A stretch of DNA of 64,000 nt from a virus (lineage: Duplodnaviria; Caudoviricetes), in IMG/VR virus record IMGVR_UViG_3300010347_002030, one strand, 5' to 3'. How positions within the stretch are numbered: position 1 is the first letter of the stretch; each line of letters starts with the position of its first letter. Of the stretch, positions 9,938 to 20,023 are shown one piece after another. A program made the position numbers and the translations under genes. Below the pieces are notes generated by a model. That model searched no databases. It worked only from the letters and a program-made list of their open reading frames with translations, and had not been told where the DNA came from.

Positions 9938-10833
9938 TAATCTTTTATGTCTGCTATTGCATCACAGGCTTTACCTTTATGAAGACAATACTTGCAGTTT
10001 GTTTTGTTTTTACCGGGAATCTTGGGATATTTGATGTCTTCGTTATATGACCCATCCGGTTTGAAGCATTCCGTAAGAAACTGATTGAAATGTTTCACAA
10101 CACGATCCACTTCCGCTTGACTGGCATTGGGTTTGAAAATTTGAATATGGGTCTGTTTGAAATTGCAATTTTCGTAGAGTTTTCGTTTAATAATGAAGAA
10201 CTCCACATCAATCATTGAGATCGGAATATTATGTTTCCGGCTGTAGAGTGCTTTGTAGAGCACCAATTGAGAAGTTTTGGCAAGGTCTTCCATTTGCGCC
10301 TTACTCCATTCAAGACGAGACGTTTTGAAATCAAATATTTTTATGCGACCCGTCGCCTTTTCTTTTAATACAAGGTCAATGAATCCCCAGTATTGAGTGT
10401 TGTTAGTCAACTCCATAGTGAGTTCATCTTCTACTCCAAGAAACTCATATTTGTCAGGGGGAAAATGTTGAAGGCGAACGGATGCTTTTAGAAACTCATT
10501 TATGAAGTTAATTCCGTCCTCAACGAACTCTTGTATCTCCTCTTGAGTGCATTTTATTTGATTTTCATGGACTTCATCAATAAAATGATCGATAAAGAAA
10601 TCACGGAGTTGAAGCGTGGTCGCTTTTACCAATCCTTCGGTGTAAAGTGTTTTAACGTAGTGCTGGAGAGTTTCGTGAATGGCGTTGCCAAATGTTAGGT
10701 TGAGATTAACTTCACGAGTCCGAAGACCCTTGACGTAATCGAGATACCAGTGATGGGGACAAACGAACCACTTCCCATATTGACTGTAACTGACGGTTTT
10801 CTTTTGTACTTCACTCATATATGCTGACCACAC
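9937..10833 (-). CDS. PD-(D/E)XK nuclease, Cas4/AddB-like with Fe-S cysteines
   Basis: SYSQ..CP, FGNAIHETL, GFIDLV, IFDFKT, QLVLY, CKYC..C. Confidence 0.85.
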   Translation of the reverse strand: MWSAYMSEVQKKTVSYSQYGKWFVCPHHWYLDYVKGLRTREVNLNLTFGNAIHETLQHYVKTLYTEGLVKATTLQLRDFFIDHFIDEVHENQIKCTQEEIQEFVEDGINFINEFLKASVRLQHFPPDKYEFLGVEDELTMELTNNTQYWGFIDLVLKEKATGRIKIFDFKTSRLEWSKAQMEDLAKTSQLVLYKALYSRKHNIPISMIDVEFFIIKRKLYENCNFKQTHIQIFKPNASQAEVDRVVKHFNQFLTECFKPDGSYNEDIKYPKIPGKNKTNCKYCLHKGKACDAIADIKD

Positions 10834-10895
10834 TTACGCTCCATATTTAAGCAGACCATATCAGACAAACGAGGAAAACACAACTATTTATACGT

Positions 10896-11645
10896 ATGAA
10901 ACGTTTACTGACTTATTTTATGGTCCTTCTGCTTGGTGGTTCAATGCTCACCGCAGAAGAGTTTATGACGGGTGGTATTTACGTCCAAAACGCTCCTGCT
11001 GCGTTCTCTTACACACTCCTAAGTAAGACCACAAACCTTGTGCAGCAACTCGTTATAGGTAAAACCTACCATCTTGAAACGGACGTGATGGAATTTAGGA
11101 CGAAAGCAAATGAAGAAGTTGCATTGTCTTTTTCCACGGGTCTTCAACTGAAAATTAATCCATCTTCAACATTTTCAGTTGATGCATTCAATCAACTTGT
11201 CAAAAACAACGAATCTCAACCCGCCACATTGCAAGGTGAGTATTCGGTTACCGCTCTTTCTCTCATGGATGGTGAGGTTGAATTAATCGCACCAAAGTTT
11301 GATACCAATTCTCAGTGTATCTTGCAGACACCACTCGTTAACGTTAACGTAGCGGAAGGTCGGTTGGTAGTTAAAGCAAACCCTAAGTGGGTTATGTTGA
11401 ACGCAATTGAAGGTGGTGTAACCGTAGTTGATTCTAAGAATAATAAGACCTTTATCGATAAAGGTCAGATGGGACTTATTATACAATATCCCGGCAAAAA
11501 TGACCAGATTATGGTCACTCAGAAGGCAATTTCGCCCGAAGAACTCTATAAAATGACGGCATCGTTGAATAAACTCGCCCTAAACAGTAAAGACATTCTG
11601 TTTATTGTATTCGACAAGAAAGTGGTCGGCGTCAGATTAAAATAA
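10896..11645 (+). CDS. Signal-peptide protein with FecR-like beta domain
   Basis: Hydrophobic N-terminus; FSTGLQLKINPSSTF, LSLMDGEV, LQTPLVNV, AIEGGVTV resemble FecR. Confidence 0.55.
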   Translation: MKRLLTYFMVLLLGGSMLTAEEFMTGGIYVQNAPAAFSYTLLSKTTNLVQQLVIGKTYHLETDVMEFRTKANEEVALSFSTGLQLKINPSSTFSVDAFNQLVKNNESQPATLQGEYSVTALSLMDGEVELIAPKFDTNSQCILQTPLVNVNVAEGRLVVKANPKWVMLNAIEGGVTVVDSKNNKTFIDKGQMGLIIQYPGKNDQIMVTQKAISPEELYKMTASLNKLALNSKDILFIVFDKKVVGVRLK

Positions 11646-11681
11646 GTTGTGGTTTAGTTTCGTTTGTGATAGGTTCATTGC

Positions 11682-11981
11682 ATGACATTGGACCAATTGG
11701 ATTCCTTGACCGAAGATGAGTTGGTGATGGCTTTGTACATTGTCAACCATTTATTTCCAGTTTCGCTTGTTGGCGAAATATCTCCTCGTGGACTGACATG
11801 GTTTCGTAAAGGAGAATTAGAAAAGAAAATCCAGCAGGCATTTCCTCATATCAAAAGAGAAGCACATCCTGTTTTTTCGGGATTACTTAATAAACTGGGC
11901 TTGCCGCACGAAATTAGATACGAACAGCCACCAGCACCTCAAGCACCCACGGGTTCAAATTCAGTAACAAGTTCTGTATGA
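11682..11981 (+). CDS. Hypothetical protein
   Basis: 99-aa ORF whose stop overlaps the next start (ATGA). Confidence 0.6.
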   Translation: MTLDQLDSLTEDELVMALYIVNHLFPVSLVGEISPRGLTWFRKGELEKKIQQAFPHIKREAHPVFSGLLNKLGLPHEIRYEQPPAPQAPTGSNSVTSSV

Positions 11982-12442
11982 CATTCGAAGAACTAAGAGA
12001 ATTTTCTGCAATTTACCACCATAAATTCATTGTATTGCAATACATGAATGCAATTATTCAAAATCTGATTGTAAGGGCAGAACAACACGATCAAAGCAAG
12101 TTTTCCGATGAAGAGTTCACGGGATTAGTCGCAGCAATAGACGATCTTAAAAAGTATCCTTATGGTACTCCCGAATATGAAGCAATGCGTGTGAAGCACG
12201 CCAAGATTTTCCAAACCCATTACGCCAAGAATCGTCATCATCCAGAACATTTTGCGAACGGGATTGAGGACATGAACCTTATGGATTTGATTGAAATGCT
12301 GGTGGATTGGAAAGCAGCGTCAATGCGTGTTGGCAGCGGTGGAACGATTGAAAATTCCATCAAGGTCACAGCCGACAAATACAACATCCATCCCCAACTG
12401 GTAAAAATACTTGAAAACACGGCAAAAGCGTGTAAGATGTAA
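11978..12442 (+). CDS. HD-like protein (DUF5662-type)
   Basis: HDQSKFSDEE, HYAKNRHHPEH, DLIEMLVDW. Confidence 0.75.
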   Translation: MTFEELREFSAIYHHKFIVLQYMNAIIQNLIVRAEQHDQSKFSDEEFTGLVAAIDDLKKYPYGTPEYEAMRVKHAKIFQTHYAKNRHHPEHFANGIEDMNLMDLIEMLVDWKAASMRVGSGGTIENSIKVTADKYNIHPQLVKILENTAKACKM

Positions 12443-12447
12443 GTTCA

Positions 12448-14886
12448 ATGTATCAGAATATTTTCGTAGATCGCCGTAATGGCGTAGTTCACCTTTGGGA
12501 TGATGAGAAAGGCCACATCGATTTTCCCATTGAAGCGGTGCATTACGCTTATCGGAAGAAAAAAGGTGGCGAATACAAGTCTCTGTACGGTGATGAACTT
12601 GAAGAAACGATGTATTACACCGACGGTGATAATTCGTTATTTGAATCTGATGTTTCGCCGGAAGTTAAGACGTTAACCAAGATTTACGAAGATAGTGATG
12701 ATCCGTCAGAGGGTCATCGCATTGGGGTCATCGACATTGAAGTTGATTCTACTGGTGGGTTTCCAAATAAAGAAACCGGAGACAAGGAAATCACTTGTAT
12801 TGCTCTTTACGATTCCGCAACTGAAAAATTTTTCTCTTTTGTTCTTGATCCAGAAGGCAAAATTCCACCACGCACCGAGAAAGTCAAACTGAAATCATCT
12901 GATACCAAGGAATATAATTGGGAAATTCGTTCGTTCAGAATCGAGGAAAAACTCTTGGAGAATTTTCTGAATCAATGGGAACAATGTAACTTTACGATTG
13001 TCACCGGTTGGAACTGTATTCCAATCAATCAGTCGGTGTGGACGAGAAATCGGATTGTCCCAATTAAAGACCTAAACTCGAATCATCTCTATAACTCCAC
13101 CTTGAGACGGACGTTCCCGAAAACGGTGAAGGAAAAATGGCGTATCACACTTGAGAATGGCCAAATCGTAGAATCATCGGGAGATCATCGGTTTCCCGTA
13201 AAACTTGTAAATCCCAAGGAATATATTACGTTTCAAACATCTCCCAAGTCTAATATTCTAGATGCGGACTTGAAAACACGTCAGATTTCATCTTTTATTA
13301 AATGCTTGGATGTTTACTGTTCGGTGCCCATGCGAAAAAATACAGAACCCGATGATGAGACTTATACATTGGACCAATTATATTTGGCGGGATTGATATA
13401 TACGGATGGGACGTTGAAAGATCCCAACGAAATTCTTCGAGGATATACTTTTTATCAGTCGGACGTGGAGTTGATGGAATATTTGTCTGAACTTGGATTA
13501 CAAAGTTCGATTTCGGGACCAAATAAAGGATGTTATTCCAGATATGTTAATTTTTCATATTTGGGTAAGGCCAGCGAGTTGATATATTCTGGAAATCGGA
13601 AAAAACTTAATTTAGAAAAACTATCGGCACTCTCATACAGACAGTTTATGCGGTTCCTTTCGGGTCTTCTAGACGGAGATGGATGTAAGACTAATGGCGT
13701 GGGATTTTCATTATGCAATTTTAATGGGGATCTGGATACTTTACAAGAACTCTGCCAGTGGAATGGGATATTTTGTACCCGGACACAATCTACTCTTAGG
13801 TTTATCGATATTTGTTTTGAAGATCTAACCGTTCAAAAAAAATCACGCTGGCAAAATCAGCAAGAGTCGAGTTTTTCACGAGTATCGAAGCAAAAATCTG
13901 AGCAAACTCGATTCAAAAAGCTTGGAGACGTTTACTGGGTTAAAGTTCGATCCGTAGAATATATTGGAACCTCAACTCAAATGACCGACATTGAGACGGA
14001 TACTCATTATTTTGTCAGTCGGGGAGTTACGACTCATAATTGTAATGATTTTGACATGCCCTATATCTTTGCCCGTCTTCGCACGGTACTTGGAAAGAAA
14101 ATGGGGTATAAGCTTTCTCCTGTTGGAATTGCATATCTTCATCGGTTTACTCAAACAATGAGGATTGCCGGAATTTCTCTTTTGGATTACATGGAACTTT
14201 ACAAAAAGTTCATTGGAAAAGATCAGCCAAGTTTTTCGTTGGGGTACATTGGACAGGAAGAAGTTGAGATTGGAAAAACGGTATTTAAGGGAAGTTTGGT
14301 TCAACTCTATAAACAGGATTTGAATCGCTATGTGGAATACAACTTGAACGACGTGAAGATCGTTGTAGCTCTCGACAAGAAATTGGATTTCATTCACCTT
14401 GCACGTTCGGTTTGCCACAAGGGGCATGTTCCTTACGAATGGTACATGTATTCGTCACGTTGGATTGATGGTGCCTTGTTGACGTATCTTCACCGAAATA
14501 AGCTCATTGCTCCAAATAGGCCAGAAGGTGGAAGAGAAACCTATGAAACAATGAAGGAAGAGGGAGCTGAGGGATTTGAAGGTGCGTATGTCAAAGATCC
14601 AGTACCGGGGTTATATGATTGGGTCTATTCTTCTGATGTGACTTCACTATATCCCTCGGTTATTATGTCCCTGAATATTTCTCCCGAAACCAAAGTGGGT
14701 AAGATTGAAAATTGGGACACCGAAAAGTTTGTTAATGGACAAGTTGGTGCGGTAAAGATAGGAGAAGTCCAATATACGGCGGAACAGTTCAAAGAGCTTA
14801 TTAAAGACGGGTGTATGAGTATTAGTTCCAACGGAGTTTTGTACAAACAACCTGTCAAAAAAATAGTGGGTAAAATACTCCCATGA
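12448..14886 (+). CDS. Family B DNA polymerase, N-terminal part (3'-5' exonuclease + motif A), intein-containing
   Basis: DIEV (ExoI), TGWN/CNDFDMPY (ExoII), YNLNDV (ExoIII), DVTSLYPS (motif A), NISPET. Confidence 0.93.
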   Translation: MYQNIFVDRRNGVVHLWDDEKGHIDFPIEAVHYAYRKKKGGEYKSLYGDELEETMYYTDGDNSLFESDVSPEVKTLTKIYEDSDDPSEGHRIGVIDIEVDSTGGFPNKETGDKEITCIALYDSATEKFFSFVLDPEGKIPPRTEKVKLKSSDTKEYNWEIRSFRIEEKLLENFLNQWEQCNFTIVTGWNCIPINQSVWTRNRIVPIKDLNSNHLYNSTLRRTFPKTVKEKWRITLENGQIVESSGDHRFPVKLVNPKEYITFQTSPKSNILDADLKTRQISSFIKCLDVYCSVPMRKNTEPDDETYTLDQLYLAGLIYTDGTLKDPNEILRGYTFYQSDVELMEYLSELGLQSSISGPNKGCYSRYVNFSYLGKASELIYSGNRKKLNLEKLSALSYRQFMRFLSGLLDGDGCKTNGVGFSLCNFNGDLDTLQELCQWNGIFCTRTQSTLRFIDICFEDLTVQKKSRWQNQQESSFSRVSKQKSEQTRFKKLGDVYWVKVRSVEYIGTSTQMTDIETDTHYFVSRGVTTHNCNDFDMPYIFARLRTVLGKKMGYKLSPVGIAYLHRFTQTMRIAGISLLDYMELYKKFIGKDQPSFSLGYIGQEEVEIGKTVFKGSLVQLYKQDLNRYVEYNLNDVKIVVALDKKLDFIHLARSVCHKGHVPYEWYMYSSRWIDGALLTYLHRNKLIAPNRPEGGRETYETMKEEGAEGFEGAYVKDPVPGLYDWVYSSDVTSLYPSVIMSLNISPETKVGKIENWDTEKFVNGQVGAVKIGEVQYTAEQFKELIKDGCMSISSNGVLYKQPVKKIVGKILP
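13015..14040 (+). mobile_element. Intein with LAGLIDADG homing endonuclease in the polymerase ExoII motif
   Basis: Starts CIPINQ, has block B SGDHRF, LAGLIYTDG and LSGLLDGDG, ends VTTHN followed by Cys; removing it restores TGWN-CNDFD. Confidence 0.92.
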
Positions 14887-14923
14887 ATGGTGTTTTCGAA
14901 GAACGGCGTTATACGTATATCAT

Positions 14924-15484
14924 ATGAAACTCATCGAATATGATAAACTTATAAAAGTTGGTGATCGAGTCGAACAACTCGAAGTGATAGAAACCCCCGT
15001 TCATAAACCCAAACCACATGGATGTAAAGAATGGTTTGTAAAGGTTAAATGCGACTGTGGCTCTACAAAAGAAATGAGATGTGTTCGATGGGTACGTAAG
15101 CAGATGAAACGATGCCGAGCGTGTCAGTTGATTGGTTCTGGGAACTATGCATGGAATGGAGTGGGAGAGATAAATGGACAAACGTTATGTCATATACGAA
15201 ATGGTGCCAAGGCACGGGGGTTGACATATGATTTGACTAAAGAGTTTCTCTGGGATCTTTTTCTCAAACAAGAACGAAAATGTGCATTGTCGGGACTCCC
15301 TATTCAGTTCACCATAAATAAGAGTGAGAAAACTGCTTCGCTGGATAGGATAGATTCAGCAAAGGGTTATATAGAAGATAATGTTCAGTGGATACACAAG
15401 GACATTAACTTGATGAAAAACCATTTTGATCAATCTTATTTTTTGAGATTATGTAAGGCGATTTGTGAGCGAAATAAGAGTTGA
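14924..15484 (+). CDS. Free-standing HNH homing endonuclease between the polymerase halves
   Basis: KCDCG, CALSG, SLDRIDSAKGYIEDNVQWIHKDINLMK. Confidence 0.85.
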   Translation: MKLIEYDKLIKVGDRVEQLEVIETPVHKPKPHGCKEWFVKVKCDCGSTKEMRCVRWVRKQMKRCRACQLIGSGNYAWNGVGEINGQTLCHIRNGAKARGLTYDLTKEFLWDLFLKQERKCALSGLPIQFTINKSEKTASLDRIDSAKGYIEDNVQWIHKDINLMKNHFDQSYFLRLCKAICERNKS

Positions 15485-16901
15485 AATAAACGGTAAAAAG
15501 ATGAGTTTTCCGACTCGAAATGAGTTGGATGTCTATCTTCAAGCAAATAAAATGTTTGTGGATGGGGACGGGAACATTTGCGTGATGGAAGGGGCGGGGG
15601 TGGTGCCTTCGATATTGGACAAGTGGTTCGCCGAACGTGTCGAATATCGAAAACTAGCTGCGGAGTTCAAAGAAAAGGGCGATAAAGTCAAAGAATCGTT
15701 CTATGATAGACGGCAATTGCGTCAGAAGATTTTTTTGAATTCGGTCTATGGAACTTTGGGTCTTCCAGTTTTCCGTTTCTACGATAAAGACAATGCCGAG
15801 GCGACCACGGTTTCTGGACAGCATATTATCAAGATGACCGAAAAGTTTGTGAACATGTTTTATGCCGATAGGTTTGCTGCTAAGGGTAAATCGGTTTCCA
15901 AAGATTTCGTCATTTACATTGATACCGACTCGGTTTATATGTCTGCGTGGCCTTTGATGCAACTCGAAGGACGCTCAATTGACATTACAGAAGAAAATAT
16001 TCAGTATGTTATTGATCTGTCCACTCAAGTTGCTAAAGGCATCAATGAGTTTTATGAGTTTGCTATTCCCTCAATGTTCAATCTTTCCAAGCATCGTATC
16101 AAGATTACACCCGATGTAATTACGAGTACTGCTCTTTGGGTTAAGAAAAAGAGATACGCTATGATGAAGGTGTATGACATGGAGAAAAAACGTAAAGTAT
16201 TCGATAAAGATGGTACGACGCTTGGAAAACTGGAAGTTAAAGGTATCGATGTGGTTCGAACTTCCTTCCCGGCGAGATTTCGCAAGTTTTCGGGAGAATT
16301 ACTTAACATGATTCTTCGTAGGCGGTCTCAAAAAGAAATTGATGACCGAATCCTTCAAATGGAAAAGGAAATCAAGACGCTTCCGGTTGAAGAAGTAGCA
16401 AAGAATACGTCCGTTAATTTCATTAGTCGTAAGGGAGATTCCAATTATAATCCAAGTGGTCGTAAGATGTTTACCATTCCGACATCAAAAACTCCTCCAC
16501 AGGTGGGTGCGGCAATGATGTATAACGATTTACTTCGAAAATTTGGTTTACAGAAACAATATGAACCCATTCATAACGGTCAAAAAATCAAATGGGTTTA
16601 TTTGAAGGAAAATCCTTATGCATTGAAGTATCTTGCGATGAAAGCCGACGGGACCGATCCAGATGAAATTTTGGAAATAATTACAACTTACGCCGATAGA
16701 AAACAAATGTATGAGCGGGAACTAAAAACGAAAATTATGAAGTTCTACGCTGTTTTACGGTGGGTTTATCCTACGGTTACGGCTCGAATTGCTGACTCCT
16801 TCTTTAAGAAAAAAGAAGAACCACCTCCAATGACTATTCTCGAAGAAGAGGATGAAGAAGAAGAAGAAGGAATAAGGTTAGTGCCTGTTCCAGAAAACTG
16901 A
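15465..16901 (+). CDS. Family B DNA polymerase, C-terminal part (motifs B, C)
   Basis: GVVPSILDKWF, QKIFLNSVYG, YIDTDS, KKKRY, KGIDVVR; acidic C-terminal tail. Confidence 0.93.
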   Translation: MSEIRVEINGKKMSFPTRNELDVYLQANKMFVDGDGNICVMEGAGVVPSILDKWFAERVEYRKLAAEFKEKGDKVKESFYDRRQLRQKIFLNSVYGTLGLPVFRFYDKDNAEATTVSGQHIIKMTEKFVNMFYADRFAAKGKSVSKDFVIYIDTDSVYMSAWPLMQLEGRSIDITEENIQYVIDLSTQVAKGINEFYEFAIPSMFNLSKHRIKITPDVITSTALWVKKKRYAMMKVYDMEKKRKVFDKDGTTLGKLEVKGIDVVRTSFPARFRKFSGELLNMILRRRSQKEIDDRILQMEKEIKTLPVEEVAKNTSVNFISRKGDSNYNPSGRKMFTIPTSKTPPQVGAAMMYNDLLRKFGLQKQYEPIHNGQKIKWVYLKENPYALKYLAMKADGTDPDEILEIITTYADRKQMYERELKTKIMKFYAVLRWVYPTVTARIADSFFKKKEEPPPMTILEEEDEEEEEGIRLVPVPEN

Positions 16902-16949
16902 TATAATAAGTTGTCAAATGCTAAAAATCTGTTATAGTCCACACATAAT

Positions 16950-17702
16950 ATGCAGAAAAGCGTTCTAGAAACTTTCATCAAACGGTATAGTTTAGGCGGC
17001 ATCTGCGAAGCGGCGCATTGGTTTAGTGATGCCGAAAAAGCAACGCTCACCGCCAAAGCCCATACCGAAGAAAAGACTGTAATCCTTAAGGTTGTTCTCA
17101 AGGATTGGAAAGGAGTTGAATCTTGCCAGCTTGCCCTTCCTAGTTCAACCAAAATCAAATCCATGTTGGCCCCAATTGGGGATGAAGTTACTATTACGTT
17201 GAATAAGGTACGAGATCGGATTGTAAATTTTACAATTTCTGATAACGACTGTGAGGCGGTTTGCACAGTTGCAGAATTTGATGCATTTCCAGAGACGCCA
17301 GATCTTGATTTGGATTCGGATAATATGCCAACAGAATTTGATGTTGAAGTTCCACTGACAGAAGAATTCATTTCCAAGATGATGAAGGCGGTTTCTGCCC
17401 TAAATGAAGCTAAAGATTTTGTTGTTATGAATAATAAAAAGGGCGGACTGGACATGATAATCAACTATGAAGATACGAACACAAATCGTATTCGCCTCCC
17501 TTTGGCAGCAACTCCCGGAAAGGATAAACTCGATACTCCGTTGGGCTTTTCTACGCCTGTTCTTAAGTCCATTTTGAATGTCAATGATACTGCGGGGAAT
17601 CCAGTTCTTAAAATCTCTAGTCGTGGTATTGCAATAATCGGGTTTGAAGATCCACTTTTCAAATCTACCTATTTTCTATTCCCAACTCGGGTAATTGAAT
17701 AA
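16950..17702 (+). CDS. Sliding clamp (gp45/PCNA-like)
   Basis: 250 aa with a two-fold alpha/beta pattern, located between polymerase and clamp loader. Confidence 0.7.
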   Translation: MQKSVLETFIKRYSLGGICEAAHWFSDAEKATLTAKAHTEEKTVILKVVLKDWKGVESCQLALPSSTKIKSMLAPIGDEVTITLNKVRDRIVNFTISDNDCEAVCTVAEFDAFPETPDLDLDSDNMPTEFDVEVPLTEEFISKMMKAVSALNEAKDFVVMNNKKGGLDMIINYEDTNTNRIRLPLAATPGKDKLDTPLGFSTPVLKSILNVNDTAGNPVLKISSRGIAIIGFEDPLFKSTYFLFPTRVIE

Positions 17703-17705
17703 GTT

Positions 17706-18653
17706 ATGAGCGAAAAAATTCTCAAAGAAAAACGAACGTCTCAGTTCATGTGGGCCGAAAAGTATCGTCCCAAGACTCTGGATATGTTTATTGGGTCTGA
17801 AAGCGTCAAAGCCAAGATTCAGAGTTTCATTGATCAGCAAGACATTCCACATTTGCTGTTTTACGGTCCCGCTGGTGGTGGAAAAACTTCTCTTGCCAAG
17901 CTTCTCGTAAAACATTTGCCATGTGATTTTCTCTACATCAACGCATCTGACGAAAGAACGATTGATACTATCCGTGAAAAGATAGTTGGGTTTGCGGCAA
18001 CGGTTTCTTTCAAACCATTGAGGGTCATTATCCTCGACGAAGCCGATTATCTTCCTGCTTTGTCTCAGGCAGCCCTTCGCAATGTTATGGAAACCTACTC
18101 AGTCCATTCTCGGTTTATTTTGACTTGTAATTATATTGAGAGAATGACCCAACCTATTGTTTCTCGTTGTGGTGGTGGAATCAAGATTGAGCCTCCAAAG
18201 CAAGAAGAAGTGGCTTGCCTTTTGGCCTCTATTCTTGAAAATGAAGGCGTCAAATATACTGACGAAGAAATTGAGTTCATTGTCAATAGTTACCATCCGG
18301 ATGTTCGGAAAATTATTAACTTTGCTCAACAGAACGTTGAAAGGGGCAAGCTATCTATTGAAGTAAGCAACTACATCGAAACCGATTTCAAAGAGAAATT
18401 GCTTTCTTTACTAAAAACTCCAAGAAAACCGGGAGTTTTTGGTGAAATTCGTCAGTTGGTTGCGGATGCTTCGTTTTCGAACTATGATGAGTTGTATCGC
18501 TTCCTCTTTGATAAGGTGGATGAGTATGCCAAAGGCAAGGAAGCACAAGTTATTATTGAATTGGCAGATGCAGTATATCAATCATCGCTGGTATTCGAGA
18601 AAGAAATAACGTTGGTTGCGGCTCTCCAAAAACTACTTAAAACAATAGCATGA
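17706..18653 (+). CDS. Clamp loader AAA+ subunit (RFC small / gp44-like)
   Basis: WAEKYRP, GPAGGGKT, INASDER, ILDEAD, QAALR, SRC. Confidence 0.95.
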   Translation: MSEKILKEKRTSQFMWAEKYRPKTLDMFIGSESVKAKIQSFIDQQDIPHLLFYGPAGGGKTSLAKLLVKHLPCDFLYINASDERTIDTIREKIVGFAATVSFKPLRVIILDEADYLPALSQAALRNVMETYSVHSRFILTCNYIERMTQPIVSRCGGGIKIEPPKQEEVACLLASILENEGVKYTDEEIEFIVNSYHPDVRKIINFAQQNVERGKLSIEVSNYIETDFKEKLLSLLKTPRKPGVFGEIRQLVADASFSNYDELYRFLFDKVDEYAKGKEAQVIIELADAVYQSSLVFEKEITLVAALQKLLKTIA

Positions 18654-18898
18654 ACTTCTGGCAAAGCAAAGATAAGCGAAAATATCTTGATCTTGATGCG
18701 GTGGTTTTTTGGGACTACAGCCCCAAAGAGGCGATTATTGAGGAATTGGGAAAGTGTGATTCAAACCTTAAAGAGATATTAAAACCAGAATCATGGCTTC
18801 AAGTTGTCGTTGGTGGTTATATGCTATCGTTTAGCAACGAGGAAGCCGACGAGATTTACAATTTGTTGAATAGTAACAAAAAACTGCTTAACGGTTAA
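18650..18898 (+). CDS. Hypothetical protein
   Basis: ATGA-coupled to the clamp loader. Confidence 0.6.
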   Translation: MNFWQSKDKRKYLDLDAVVFWDYSPKEAIIEELGKCDSNLKEILKPESWLQVVVGGYMLSFSNEEADEIYNLLNSNKKLLNG

Positions 18899-18918
18899 TA
18901 AAGAAAGGAAATAGTATT

Positions 18919-19218
18919 ATGTCAAATACAACAGGTCCAGTGTGGAGAAACGAAGAAGAACGGCAAATTCTTGCTGAGGTTTACAGATCGTTCGCAACGA
19001 AATTGGACCCTGCAACTCGAAACCCAATTGCGTATCAGGAATGGTTCCGTGGGGCTGGTATTCTTCCTCCGACTACGACGCAAGAAAAGAGAACTCTAGT
19101 TATCAATTGCAACTATAAGCCTTTGCTCATGATGAAAGAAGTTATGGCTTTAGCTGAGAAGTTCAATCTGATTTTGCAACTCCGAGAAGTGGATGAGAAC
19201 GGAAACCCACGAGAATAA
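18919..19218 (+). CDS. Hypothetical protein
   Basis: AGAAAGGA RBS upstream. Confidence 0.6.
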   Translation: MSNTTGPVWRNEEERQILAEVYRSFATKLDPATRNPIAYQEWFRGAGILPPTTTQEKRTLVINCNYKPLLMMKEVMALAEKFNLILQLREVDENGNPRE

Positions 19219-19439
19219 TGGACGAAAAACGTGCCATTGAGTTGATTTCGGAATTACAAGCCAAAGTCAATCGATTGACGCAGGAGCGTAATAATTACGC
19301 TACTATGCTCATTAATTACGAGGCGTTCCTGAAAAGAATCCCTCGGTCTTTACCGGGAGAGTTAGACCAAGATAGTATGACCATAAAGGAATGGCTAACT
19401 TGGGCTCTCAAGGAATTGGGTTATGAAAACACAGAATGA
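19218..19439 (+). CDS. Hypothetical coiled-coil protein
   Basis: TAATG coupling to the previous gene. Confidence 0.55.
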   Translation: MDEKRAIELISELQAKVNRLTQERNNYATMLINYEAFLKRIPRSLPGELDQDSMTIKEWLTWALKELGYENTE

Positions 19440-20019
19440 CCTTCCAGTTTATCTCAAACGAGTAATTCATCCTAAACCAAACCTTCTACGAGGTACGCAA
19501 TGCTATCTTATTGGTCACATGCAATATGTCAATGGAGAAAGTTGGAGGGATGATTTTACAGCTTTTGCTTTAAAACTCGGAATCAAGATATATGACCCGT
19601 ACCATAAACCGTTCATTCATGACATTCCCGAGGATGAAACTTCTCGTCAGGAAATGAAACATTGGATGATGACCGAGCAATATGACTTAGTAGCCGCCAG
19701 AATGAAGGCAGTTCGTGGGTACGACCTTCGTTGTTGTGACAAATGTGATTGGTTCGTAGCTGTCATCAAGCCACAAGTTGCTTCATGGGGTTCGGCAGAA
19801 GAAATTACAACAGTTATTCGTGAAAAGAAACCTTTGTTCCTTGTTATTGACGACCCATTGGGTAAACGGGCAACTCCTCTATGGCTGATGGGTGTAATGC
19901 CGCACAAATACATCTACAATAATATCGAGGAGGTCAAAGAAATGGTAACGGCCATTGATTCGGGTGTAGTAAAAATGAGCAGTGACCGATGGAAACTGTT
20001 CAAACCAGAAAAGAGATAA
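19423..20019 (+). CDS. Nucleoside 2-deoxyribosyltransferase-like protein
   Basis: YLIGHM, WR, YDP, DLRCCDKCD, SWGSAEE. Confidence 0.7.
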   Translation: MKTQNDLPVYLKRVIHPKPNLLRGTQCYLIGHMQYVNGESWRDDFTAFALKLGIKIYDPYHKPFIHDIPEDETSRQEMKHWMMTEQYDLVAARMKAVRGYDLRCCDKCDWFVAVIKPQVASWGSAEEITTVIREKKPLFLVIDDPLGKRATPLWLMGVMPHKYIYNNIEEVKEMVTAIDSGVVKMSSDRWKLFKPEKR

Positions 20020-20023
20020 AGTT

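Noticed and set aside
14887-15600. Group I intron or split intein joining the polymerase halves
   Set aside because: Only 37 nt of non-coding sequence, no recognisable P7 core, and no intein N- or C-terminal motifs at the break
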